From a virus (lineage: Duplodnaviria; Heunggongvirae; Uroviricota; Caudoviricetes): a stretch of 64,000 nt of DNA. Both the position numbers and the translations under genes were made by a program. The DNA is taken from the IMG/VR virus record IMGVR_UViG_3300009164_000055, one strand, 5' to 3'. Shown piece by piece: positions 1 to 8,347 of this stretch. Under the pieces are notes generated by a model, which was given only the letters and a program-made list of their open reading frames with translations, was not told where the DNA came from and ran no database searches. Each line of letters begins with the position of its first letter. The first letter of the stretch is position 1.

Positions 1-68
1 GAAGGGATCAAGTCGTTCAACGGAACATTCTTAAAAGATTAAAAATATAAATTTAATGAGGTATTGAA

Positions 69-887
69 ATGAAGAAATATTATTTTTGCGTAGCGACTAC
101 TTTTAAGAATGAAAGCTGGGGAATGAAAGAATGGGTCGAGCATTATAAAGCTCATGGTGCAGATCATATCTATATGGTGGATGATGGTAGTACTGATGAT
201 TTTCTTCCTATTCTACAACCATACATTGATGATGGATTTGTGACCCTATATTATAATAAATTTACGGAAAGATATAGGGGTAGACAAGACGATATCAGCC
301 GTCATTACTTTAAAAGCAATATGCACGAGACACAGTGGCTTTCTGTTATTGATATGGATGAGTATCTTTATTCTCCTATAGTGATGAACATGAAAGAATT
401 GCTTCAAAAATATCAAGAAGCCAATATAACTTATATTGAGGTTAATTGGGCATACTTCACTTCAAATGGCTACATCAAACAGCCAGAGAATGTTGTAGAA
501 TCTTTTACCAAGAGAGTGCCATATAAAGCTGTTGTACACGCACGTCTTCCACACATGGATGAACCCGGCCCTATCGATTCGCATAGCGTGAAGGTGATAT
601 TCAATACAGATTCAGATGTTGTCCATATTGGCATACATGATGTTTGGAATTCAGGCATTCGTGTAAACGGTTCCTTTGTTGCTAACGAAGAAAATCCACA
701 CTTCATCATCAATCACTACCAGCTTCAGTCTAGAGAATATTGGGAAAAGATTAAAATGCATCGTGGAGATGTTAACTTTTGGCTTGGAGGTAAACCAAGA
801 GATTTTGAAATCTTTGATGCATTTGATAAGATTGGAACTGTAGAAGACACTAAGCTGAGAGACATGAATAGAGGCATTAAGCTTTAA
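69..887 (+). CDS. glycosyltransferase-like protein (GT2/GT92-type N-terminal fold)
   Basis: 272 aa ORF with SD GAGG upstream; N-terminus FCVATTFKNE...WVEHY...DHIYMVDDGSTDD resembles nucleotide-sugar transferase DxD region. Confidence 0.45.
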   Translation: MKKYYFCVATTFKNESWGMKEWVEHYKAHGADHIYMVDDGSTDDFLPILQPYIDDGFVTLYYNKFTERYRGRQDDISRHYFKSNMHETQWLSVIDMDEYLYSPIVMNMKELLQKYQEANITYIEVNWAYFTSNGYIKQPENVVESFTKRVPYKAVVHARLPHMDEPGPIDSHSVKVIFNTDSDVVHIGIHDVWNSGIRVNGSFVANEENPHFIINHYQLQSREYWEKIKMHRGDVNFWLGGKPRDFEIFDAFDKIGTVEDTKLRDMNRGIKL

Positions 888-888
888 T

Positions 889-1614
889 ATGACTAGGTTC
901 TCCATTTGTATTCCATCATACGAGATGCATGGATATGGTCATACTGTAGTCAATGAGCTTATGCATGAATTAAAGATGCAGTCGTTTCAAGACTTTGATA
1001 TTGTTATCTCTGATCAGAGCAATGATTCGAAAATCCTAGACGTTGTACATGAGCATTCAAAAGACTTAGATATCAAGTTTATGACTGATCTTGCCAATCG
1101 TGGTAAGGCCACATCCAACATTAACAAGGCTATGCGTTATGCTGAAGGCGAGATTATCAAGATTATGTTTCAGGATGACTTCTTTGTCAACTTTGATGCA
1201 CTGAAGATTATCAGCGCAGAGTTTGACAAGGGCGCAAAGTGGACAACCAATTCGTTCACTCACACAGTCGATAAAAAGCAATTCTTCAACACCAAGCCAT
1301 CATACTATCAGGATAGTGTAATCACTAGTCGTAATTCTATTGGCAATCCATCAAACATTTCTGTTCATCGTGATGCACGTGTGTACATGGATACAGAATT
1401 GTATTACCTTTTTGACTGTGAATATTACTGGCAGTTGAAACATAAAAATGGTATGCCAAACGTCATCAATGATGTACTGGTATGCTCACGCCTACATCCT
1501 ACATCACAGTCACAGAACAAAGATGTAGTTGGTTTGCTGGAAAAAGAAACAGAATATTGTTGCAAAAAGTACAACATCAAAGCAGAGGATTATCAGTTTG
1601 ACATACGCCATTAA
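889..1614 (+). CDS. glycosyltransferase family 2-like protein
   Basis: 241 aa; N-terminal SICIPSYE...DIVISDQSND typical GT2 start; TAATATG overlap with upstream gene. Confidence 0.45.
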   Translation: MTRFSICIPSYEMHGYGHTVVNELMHELKMQSFQDFDIVISDQSNDSKILDVVHEHSKDLDIKFMTDLANRGKATSNINKAMRYAEGEIIKIMFQDDFFVNFDALKIISAEFDKGAKWTTNSFTHTVDKKQFFNTKPSYYQDSVITSRNSIGNPSNISVHRDARVYMDTELYYLFDCEYYWQLKHKNGMPNVINDVLVCSRLHPTSQSQNKDVVGLLEKETEYCCKKYNIKAEDYQFDIRH

Positions 1615-1618
1615 TTAT

Positions 1619-2341
1619 ATGCCAGTGTTCTACATTGGCTTCATTCGTGACTATAACTCATACCGTGAAAAGTTTGTCAACGATCCTTTGTTCTTTGCAA
1701 AAAAGCATGTTGATTTTCTTAACACCTGTGTTGACACTCCTATCAAGACTGCCACTATGGTCTACAACGAAGAAATTCCTAATGAATTAAAGCAGATGGC
1801 GGTTGAGCTAACAGGCACAATCACTACAATGGATGCACGTACTATTTTCCGTCCTAACGGCGGCTTCTCTTATGGCGGCTGGAATGACGTTATTGCCAAC
1901 GACATTCAAAATGGTATTAACCATGACTATCATTTTCTCACTGAGGATGATTATATACCAACACGTCCAGACTTTTATGAACATTTTATTAAGCGTATGG
2001 ATGAAACCTGTCCATTTGTTTGTTGCAAAATATCTCCACCAGAATGGGGTAAGGCATATCCTGAACGTCCTGATGGTATGATTCGTGAAGATGCTTGCAG
2101 ACAGGTATACGCCAAGTATGGTGAGGTGTTTATTACCAATCGTAAACTTGAATATCCTGCTGGTTGGGATACACAGATAAACTACATGAATAATTATGGG
2201 GCTGAAGGATTTGAGCTACGTGATATCTCAGATGAGTTTAAGATCACAACAATTTTAAATTGTAATATAAATGAAGCTCGTATGTGGGGTAAGGAAGATG
2301 GCGAATCAATCATGATGCCTATAATTTTACCGCCCATGTGA
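1619..2341 (+). CDS. hypothetical protein
   Basis: ORF track 1529..2341 trimmed to first ATG after upstream stop (MPVFYIGF...). Confidence 0.4.
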   Translation: MPVFYIGFIRDYNSYREKFVNDPLFFAKKHVDFLNTCVDTPIKTATMVYNEEIPNELKQMAVELTGTITTMDARTIFRPNGGFSYGGWNDVIANDIQNGINHDYHFLTEDDYIPTRPDFYEHFIKRMDETCPFVCCKISPPEWGKAYPERPDGMIREDACRQVYAKYGEVFITNRKLEYPAGWDTQINYMNNYGAEGFELRDISDEFKITTILNCNINEARMWGKEDGESIMMPIILPPM

Positions 2342-2351
2342 GTACAATGTT

Positions 2352-2795
2352 ATGTCTGTTCTTTTCGAATATATGATAGATTTCTGTGATGAACAAATGT
2401 CAGGATGGGAAAAAAATCTACCAACAAAAACGTGTTTGTATTGTAAGGAAGCTTTGCCAAAATCAGCATTTCCAAAACACATTCATCACAAAGATAATTT
2501 AGATTCAAGATGTTATTCTTGTAAGAAAAATGAAGATGATATAAGAGAAAAGCTTCGTTCAGTAGCACCATCAAAACCAACTATTTGTGAATGCTGTGGG
2601 GAAGAAGGAAAAATGATAAATTTGGATCATGATCATGATACACTAGAAATTCGTGGATGGATATGCAGTGCATGTAACACTGGAATAGGAAAACTAAGCG
2701 ATAGCATCGAAGGCGTAAAAAAAGCATTGACTTATCTACAAAAAGATAAGAAAGCATATAACACACGAAATGTGTGGATGATAAGACATAACTGA
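2352..2795 (+). CDS. 49: recombination endonuclease VII-like (T4 gp49-type) His-Me nuclease
   Basis: CxxC zinc pairs plus LDHDHDTLEIRGWICSACNTGIG motif matching Endonuclease_7 family signature. Confidence 0.6.
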   Translation: MSVLFEYMIDFCDEQMSGWEKNLPTKTCLYCKEALPKSAFPKHIHHKDNLDSRCYSCKKNEDDIREKLRSVAPSKPTICECCGEEGKMINLDHDHDTLEIRGWICSACNTGIGKLSDSIEGVKKALTYLQKDKKAYNTRNVWMIRHN

Positions 2796-2840
2796 AGAAG
2801 GCAATACAATCATAATGCCTTCTATGTAAGGAGATATATT

Positions 2841-3128
2841 ATGACCATTGATGAAGCAATTGAGTATGGTAGAAGCCTAGAACGTGCTGCTATAGTTGAA
2901 AGAATGTGCTATGTTCATTTTGAACTTATTTACATGAAAAATAGAGCACGAAGCCCACATAAAATAACTGAGTGGCAGCATCATGCTGATGCTTGTAAAC
3001 AAATGGCGGAATCAATCAATGACAAGTATCATCATCGTGACCAATATCTACAAATACTAGAAGCATCAAAACATAATAAACCAATTGGTAAATGCGCCAA
3101 TGAACTAAACATCGAAATCAAAGTATAA
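2841..3128 (+). CDS. hypothetical protein
   Basis: 95 aa ORF, SD AAGGAG 8 nt upstream. Confidence 0.4.
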   Translation: MTIDEAIEYGRSLERAAIVERMCYVHFELIYMKNRARSPHKITEWQHHADACKQMAESINDKYHHRDQYLQILEASKHNKPIGKCANELNIEIKV

Positions 3129-3132
3129 ACAA

Positions 3133-3684
3133 ATGAACATTTTTTATATTGATGAAGACCCAAGTCAATGTGCAGAGTGGATGGTTGATCGCCATGTAGT
3201 CAAGATGATTCTTGAGACTGCACAACTGCTGTCAACTGCTCATCGTGTTCTTGATGGTAAGGAAACAATTGTAGAAGGATGGGTTGATGAGTTTGGTATC
3301 AAACATAGAAAATCAAAGCACTGGACACTCACAGATGTTCGAGATAACATACTGTATAGTGCTACTCACATTAACCACCCTTCTGCTGTTTGGGTTCGTC
3401 AGTCTGTTGAAAATTATAACTGGCTCGTGGATCATCTCTATGCTCTTGGTGCTGAGTACACTTATAGGTACGGGAAGACCCATGCAACAATGCTTAAGAT
3501 GGCTTATGAGCTTCAGTCGCCGCCTCATGCACTGAAGGAATGGGATTGGACACCAATGCCATGTTGTATGCCAGACTGTTACAAAACCTCTGACAATCCT
3601 GTGATCAATTATAGGAATTATTACAGAGACGCTAAGTCTGAACTTCATAGTTGGAAGAAGAGAGACAAACCACATTGGATTTAA
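3133..3684 (+). CDS. conserved phage protein (MNIFY...HVVKMILETAQLLSTAH N-terminus; possibly pyrimidine-dimer glycosylase/Pyr_excise-like)
   Basis: 183 aa; characteristic N-terminal motif seen in marine T4-like phage proteins; followed by strong terminator. Confidence 0.35.
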   Translation: MNIFYIDEDPSQCAEWMVDRHVVKMILETAQLLSTAHRVLDGKETIVEGWVDEFGIKHRKSKHWTLTDVRDNILYSATHINHPSAVWVRQSVENYNWLVDHLYALGAEYTYRYGKTHATMLKMAYELQSPPHALKEWDWTPMPCCMPDCYKTSDNPVINYRNYYRDAKSELHSWKKRDKPHWI

Positions 3685-3690
3685 AGATCA

Positions 3691-3713
3691 GCCCCGCTTC
3701 GGCGGGGTTTTTC
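3691..3713 (+). terminator. rho-independent terminator (CCCCGC-TTCG-GCGGGG + T run)
   Basis: GC stem with UUCG tetraloop followed by TTTTTCTT. Confidence 0.7.
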
Positions 3714-3751
3714 TTGTATAAATAGTCATATGAATAATCAAGAGGACTATC

Positions 3752-4171
3752 ATGACTAGGTGGGTAAAAGGAAGGTTTGAGAGCGAAATTAAAAGCTTTA
3801 CGACTATTGCTAACAAAATTATAGGTAGCGCAAGTCAACAAGTTATTAAAAAGCAATTAGTTGATCAGATGCTGGAAGACTTCAAAAAGAATTATAATTC
3901 CAAGAATGTTCAGCAATTAAAAAATGTAACATGGAGAACACTTCAAGGCACCGAGTCTTGGAACTCTGATACAATGACAAAGATTGAAAAGCATCTTAAT
4001 AAATCTGAAATTGATGCGCTAAATAAAACAATCGTTGATATTTTGTCAATGAAGCCTGTCAGTGCTCCTATTATTATGATGCAAAACAATGTTGGTATGC
4101 TTGTTTGTGGAGAGTATACGCTAATTGCATGTAGGCTATTAAATATCCAACCAAAGGTAGTAATGTTCTAA
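3752..4171 (+). CDS. hypothetical protein
   Basis: 139 aa ORF. Confidence 0.4.
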   Translation: MTRWVKGRFESEIKSFTTIANKIIGSASQQVIKKQLVDQMLEDFKKNYNSKNVQQLKNVTWRTLQGTESWNSDTMTKIEKHLNKSEIDALNKTIVDILSMKPVSAPIIMMQNNVGMLVCGEYTLIACRLLNIQPKVVMF

Positions 4172-5079
4172 TGGCACAGTGGCGCATTGATCAACAGAAA
4201 AAAGTAGAACAGAACAGCAAGACCCTATATGAGTTGGGGATGATTGCTACTGTGAATGGTGATCCTGTCACTAATGCTAATCCGTTTCCTGTCACTCTAG
4301 GTTCCAATAATATTACAATCACTGGAAATGTGAATGTTGGTACAACAGTTGAAGTATCTAGTACTCCTGAAAATCCAGTACACAGCCATATTACTGAAGT
4401 TGGTAATAGTGGTATTTTAACAGTTTCGTATATGCCTGTTAGTGGTAATGTAGTAATTACATCAGGCAATCTAAATTCAAATGTTACTGGTATTGTTAAC
4501 GTAGGCAACTTCCCTGCATCACAGAATGTTGTTGTAACTTCTGGTAATATAAATATTACTAGTACTGTTACTGTTATTACAACACAAGAAGCGGGTGATT
4601 TATATGCCTTTAATAATCATGCAATAAATACGAATCGTGGTTGGACTATGGACGATACTATGCGTCCTGTTGTTAGTTTTAGAAATAATAGTGCAAGTGT
4701 TGCGGATTTAATAAAAATTATTGAATATGAAATTGGAAACAACAACGCTAATCAAAGCACTATTGTGTATGAGTGGTATGAAGGTGATCTAACAATAACT
4801 GGAGCAGCTATACCTGCTTGGACTACGTTTGGTGTTCACAGTCAATATCGTGTATATCAAGACAAATATTCTTCTAATCAAGGAAACACGTTTACTCCAA
4901 ACGGTTCAATAATGAGACATAGTGGTATCATTATTGGTAAGAATACATCTGGTGATGAAGGCCCAGCATCAATGCATGGCGGTGGAACTCCAAATATGCT
5001 TACTTTGTGTATGAGACGTGTTGATAATTCAACCAAACTAGACGTATGGTTTGCATTTACTATTAAGGAACTATCATAA
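4171..5079 (+). CDS. putative virion structural / fibre-like protein with repeated V(T/V)SGN-type beta motifs
   Basis: 302 aa; repeats ITITGNVNVG / VVITSGNLNSNVTGIVNVGN / VVVTSGNINITS. Confidence 0.4.
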   Translation: MAQWRIDQQKKVEQNSKTLYELGMIATVNGDPVTNANPFPVTLGSNNITITGNVNVGTTVEVSSTPENPVHSHITEVGNSGILTVSYMPVSGNVVITSGNLNSNVTGIVNVGNFPASQNVVVTSGNINITSTVTVITTQEAGDLYAFNNHAINTNRGWTMDDTMRPVVSFRNNSASVADLIKIIEYEIGNNNANQSTIVYEWYEGDLTITGAAIPAWTTFGVHSQYRVYQDKYSSNQGNTFTPNGSIMRHSGIIIGKNTSGDEGPASMHGGGTPNMLTLCMRRVDNSTKLDVWFAFTIKELS

Positions 5080-5080
5080 G

Positions 5081-5374
5081 ATGAAAACGCTAAAAGATTT
5101 TATTTCAGAATGTGTTCTCATAGAGCGTGGTGAAGACGGTAAAGGATATTACCGTGCAACAGAAGATGGTGCTGGTCTTACAAAGAAGGGTGCAGCGCAC
5201 TTTGGTATAAAGACTGCTGTAACAAAAAAGAATGTCGATCCTGATTCTAAGTCAGGTAAACGCCGTAAATCATTCTGTGCAAGAATGTCTGGTATGCCCG
5301 GCCCAATGAAAGATGAAAAAGGAAGACCTACACGTAAGGCAATGTCTCTAAAAAGGTGGAGATGTAAAGTTTAA
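5081..5374 (+). CDS. small basic protein with capsid-targeting-sequence-like N-terminus (MKTLKDFISE)
   Basis: ORF track 5051 trimmed to ATG immediately after upstream stop; N-terminus matches the MK(T)FK.FI.E family in this window. Confidence 0.45.
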   Translation: MKTLKDFISECVLIERGEDGKGYYRATEDGAGLTKKGAAHFGIKTAVTKKNVDPDSKSGKRRKSFCARMSGMPGPMKDEKGRPTRKAMSLKRWRCKV

Positions 5375-5554
5375 AAAGTATAAATAAAGAGTGGTTAAGG
5401 CTAAGGCAAACACCCATTTAAACAGATAAGCCCAAGGGAAACTCTGATGGATAGAACAAAAGTAACACCCAACAACCAATTTTCTTCTCCCAAGCTAGAT
5501 ACCGTTGTAGGAGAAATGGGTGCCTTAGTCTTAATCAACGGAATTTAATAGGAG

Positions 5555-5584
5555 GCTTCTTGTATTCTACAAGGGGCTTTTTTT
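5555..5584 (+). terminator. rho-independent terminator
   Basis: 10-bp stem GGCTTCTTGTA/TACAAGGGGC then TTTTTTT. Confidence 0.5.
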
Positions 5585-5600
5585 GTATATAGAGGAAAAT

Positions 5601-7217
5601 ATGAGCACACCTGAAAACATTAGAAATAAAGCTTATAGTGCAGCCAGACAACTCGTGAGAAATCGTCTTGCTGAGAGTGCTGGTGCTGCTTATGAAAAGC
5701 TTGGTCCAACTGAAAAGATGAACATTGACAGAGCGATTGAAACAAAGCAAACTCATATTAAAAAGATTGCTCTAAAATTAATTCCACAAATTGCCAATAA
5801 TGAAAAGAAGCGTAAAGATTCATTCACCGCTGGAAGTCCGTTATCGAATAATGGTTCCCCAGAAAAGGGTGATGTTCATGAAGCTCTTAATAAGAAATTC
5901 TCTTTAACAATCAAGTCTACTGAAAAGAAGCCTGAAACCAAGAAGGGTAAGTCACCTCACATCATAGTGCACAATACCTTTGGTGAAGAAGTTGCGCTTG
6001 ATAGTCCAGTATACAAAGCATTACTAAACAAAGCCGAAAAGGCAAATATCGATATTACCATCATTGGCGAAATTTATAATCGTGGTATTTCTGTATGGTA
6101 TGAAGACACAAATGTTTCACAACAACAATACGCATTTGCTCGTGTAAACTCTTTTATCAATAAGGGCAAAACATATTTCAATGAAGATTCAGATTTAGCA
6201 GAAGATTTGCGTAAATGGTTCGATCAGAAATGGGTTCGCATGGACACCAAGGGTAAGATCAAAGGCGACTGTGCTAGAGAAGAAGGTGAAGGCAAACCAA
6301 AGTGTCTTCCAATGGCTCAAGCACAAGCTATGGACCCAAAGGATAGAGCCAAAGCTGCTCGACGTAAGCGTAGAGAAGACCCTGTTGCCGATAGAGAAGG
6401 TAAGGGTGGTAAGCCAATTAATGTTGCAACAGAAGCTGTAAACCCAGCACAACAAGCTGCAATTGCTATTGCTATGAAGAAAGCTGGTAAGAAACCAATA
6501 AAAGAAGAACAGCTTGATGAAAAAAATTCTCCTACCAATCCAACACTTTGGTCAAAAGCGAAGTCTCTTGCTCGTCAAAAGTTTGACGTATACCCATCTG
6601 CTTATGCAAATGGTTGGGCTGCTAAGTGGTATAAATCAAAGGGTGGTGGATGGAATTCTGCTAACGAAGAATTTGTAGATACATCAAAAGGTCTAAATGA
6701 ATCTTTCAACATGGCATTTGACTATCAAGGAAAGCCAACACTGGCTCCTACAGCACATCAATTAATGATGAAAACTCAAGGTGGGTTTGCTCATCACAAT
6801 GATGTTAAAGACGTTATGAACGTCACTGCTATTAAGGAACAGATTGAGAAAGCATTTCAAGCCACCATCCTTGAAGAAGATAAGGATGAGCTATCAATCT
6901 CCATGGACAATCTAATTGATATGGTCAATGAAGCATTTGCTACAATTGAAAATATTAAATCAGCAAATATTGATCGTGATGCATGGTCACAAGCACAAAT
7001 CCTTAAGTTAGAACGCTATATTGAATCGGTTGCTGCATACATCAATAACATGAATGAAACTGTAAGAAGCGGTGAATCACATGGTGTTATCGTTCCTGCA
7101 CATACAATTGTTAGTCAGAAGACAGGACAGTCAATCACTATACCTGCTAAGACAAAGAATGTAAAAAAGAATGATGTTATTCTTCATCCACATGACAATC
7201 CATTCGACGGTAAATGA
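5601..7217 (+). CDS. Lys-rich hypothetical protein (possible virion internal protein)
   Basis: ORF track start (TTG) trimmed to ATG with SD AGAGGAAAAT; 538 aa, low-complexity K/A/E-rich segments. Confidence 0.4.
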   Translation: MSTPENIRNKAYSAARQLVRNRLAESAGAAYEKLGPTEKMNIDRAIETKQTHIKKIALKLIPQIANNEKKRKDSFTAGSPLSNNGSPEKGDVHEALNKKFSLTIKSTEKKPETKKGKSPHIIVHNTFGEEVALDSPVYKALLNKAEKANIDITIIGEIYNRGISVWYEDTNVSQQQYAFARVNSFINKGKTYFNEDSDLAEDLRKWFDQKWVRMDTKGKIKGDCAREEGEGKPKCLPMAQAQAMDPKDRAKAARRKRREDPVADREGKGGKPINVATEAVNPAQQAAIAIAMKKAGKKPIKEEQLDEKNSPTNPTLWSKAKSLARQKFDVYPSAYANGWAAKWYKSKGGGWNSANEEFVDTSKGLNESFNMAFDYQGKPTLAPTAHQLMMKTQGGFAHHNDVKDVMNVTAIKEQIEKAFQATILEEDKDELSISMDNLIDMVNEAFATIENIKSANIDRDAWSQAQILKLERYIESVAAYINNMNETVRSGESHGVIVPAHTIVSQKTGQSITIPAKTKNVKKNDVILHPHDNPFDGK

Positions 7218-7255
7218 TTCAATAAATAACAAACAACTAATTAACAGGAAATACC

Positions 7256-7696
7256 ATGAATGAATTAATTGAACAAATGAAGAAATTATTGGCTGATGTT
7301 TATGCGTATGGTCTAAAAGCTCAAAACTACCACTGGAATGTGGAAGGACCAGATTTTCCACAATATCACGGTTTGTTTGGTGGTATCTATGAAAAGGCTG
7401 CTGATGATGTGGATTTGGTTGCAGAACACATTCGTGCTCTAGATTCATATACCCCTGCTTCATTCGGACGCTTTCAAGAGCTAACATCAATTCAAGATGA
7501 GACAACTGTTCCTATTGCACTTGAGATGATTAATCGTCTCTATGGTGATAACGGCAAGGTTCTTGCTACTGCAAAGATTGCATGTGCAACTGCTGATGAA
7601 CTAAAGCAACATGGTGTTTTAAATTTCCTTGAAGGTCTAATTGATGATTACGAAAAGCAATCATGGATGCTTCGTTCAACTGTAAAGAGGGGCTAA
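7256..7696 (+). CDS. Dps-like ferritin-family protein
   Basis: NYHWNVEGPDFPQYHGLF...motif matches Dps ferroxidase-site region (NYHWNVKGP.F..LH). Confidence 0.55.
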   Translation: MNELIEQMKKLLADVYAYGLKAQNYHWNVEGPDFPQYHGLFGGIYEKAADDVDLVAEHIRALDSYTPASFGRFQELTSIQDETTVPIALEMINRLYGDNGKVLATAKIACATADELKQHGVLNFLEGLIDDYEKQSWMLRSTVKRG

Positions 7697-7697
7697 T

Positions 7698-8303
7698 ATG
7701 GCCAATTACAAATCGCTTGCATCATTTGTGAGAGAAATTTTAGAGAAGAAAGAACTGAGAGCTAAGAACAATCAGGCTCCTGGCGGTGGACCTGAGACTG
7801 ATATGAATGATCAGATTGCTGTTGGTTCATATAATACCAAAGCATTTGAAATGTCAAATAAGGCACAGAAGCTTTATTCAAATCTACCAAAAGAAACAGA
7901 TTCTAATAGTGCTGAACAGGCTGCTATTCATCTTGATCAACTATTTGCTCTTCATAAGACTGCCAAGGTAAAAGGTTATACTTCACCTGAAGCTGCCAAG
8001 ACTGCACAAGAACATGCAGATAAGGTAATGTATCTTGCCAAAGCCTTGAAGATGGAAAAACAATTTGGTGATATTGTTGATGATTCTATGAGCTATCTCA
8101 AAGGACAAACTGGTAAATATCCAAGCAATGAGATTGAACCAGATCAAGAAAAATCGCCTGAGAATGACAGCAGATTTAATACGCCATCTAAGGACTATAC
8201 CACAGACCGTAATAGTGACCGTGATGTTGACAACGTGAAGAACTTTTTGATCAAAAGATCATTGAAAGCTCAACGTAAGCTCAAGATTATCGATGACGAT
8301 TAA
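7698..8303 (+). CDS. hypothetical protein
   Basis: 201 aa. Confidence 0.4.
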   Translation: MANYKSLASFVREILEKKELRAKNNQAPGGGPETDMNDQIAVGSYNTKAFEMSNKAQKLYSNLPKETDSNSAEQAAIHLDQLFALHKTAKVKGYTSPEAAKTAQEHADKVMYLAKALKMEKQFGDIVDDSMSYLKGQTGKYPSNEIEPDQEKSPENDSRFNTPSKDYTTDRNSDRDVDNVKNFLIKRSLKAQRKLKIIDDD

Positions 8304-8347
8304 TTCATAACAAAAAAAAATAAATAGCATATCAATTGGAGAAGAAA

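Noticed and set aside
1529-1618. Upstream part of ORF 1529..2341 overlapping the GT2 gene
   Set aside because: An 86-nt overlap in another frame is unlikely. The first ATG after the upstream stop (1619) is preferred.
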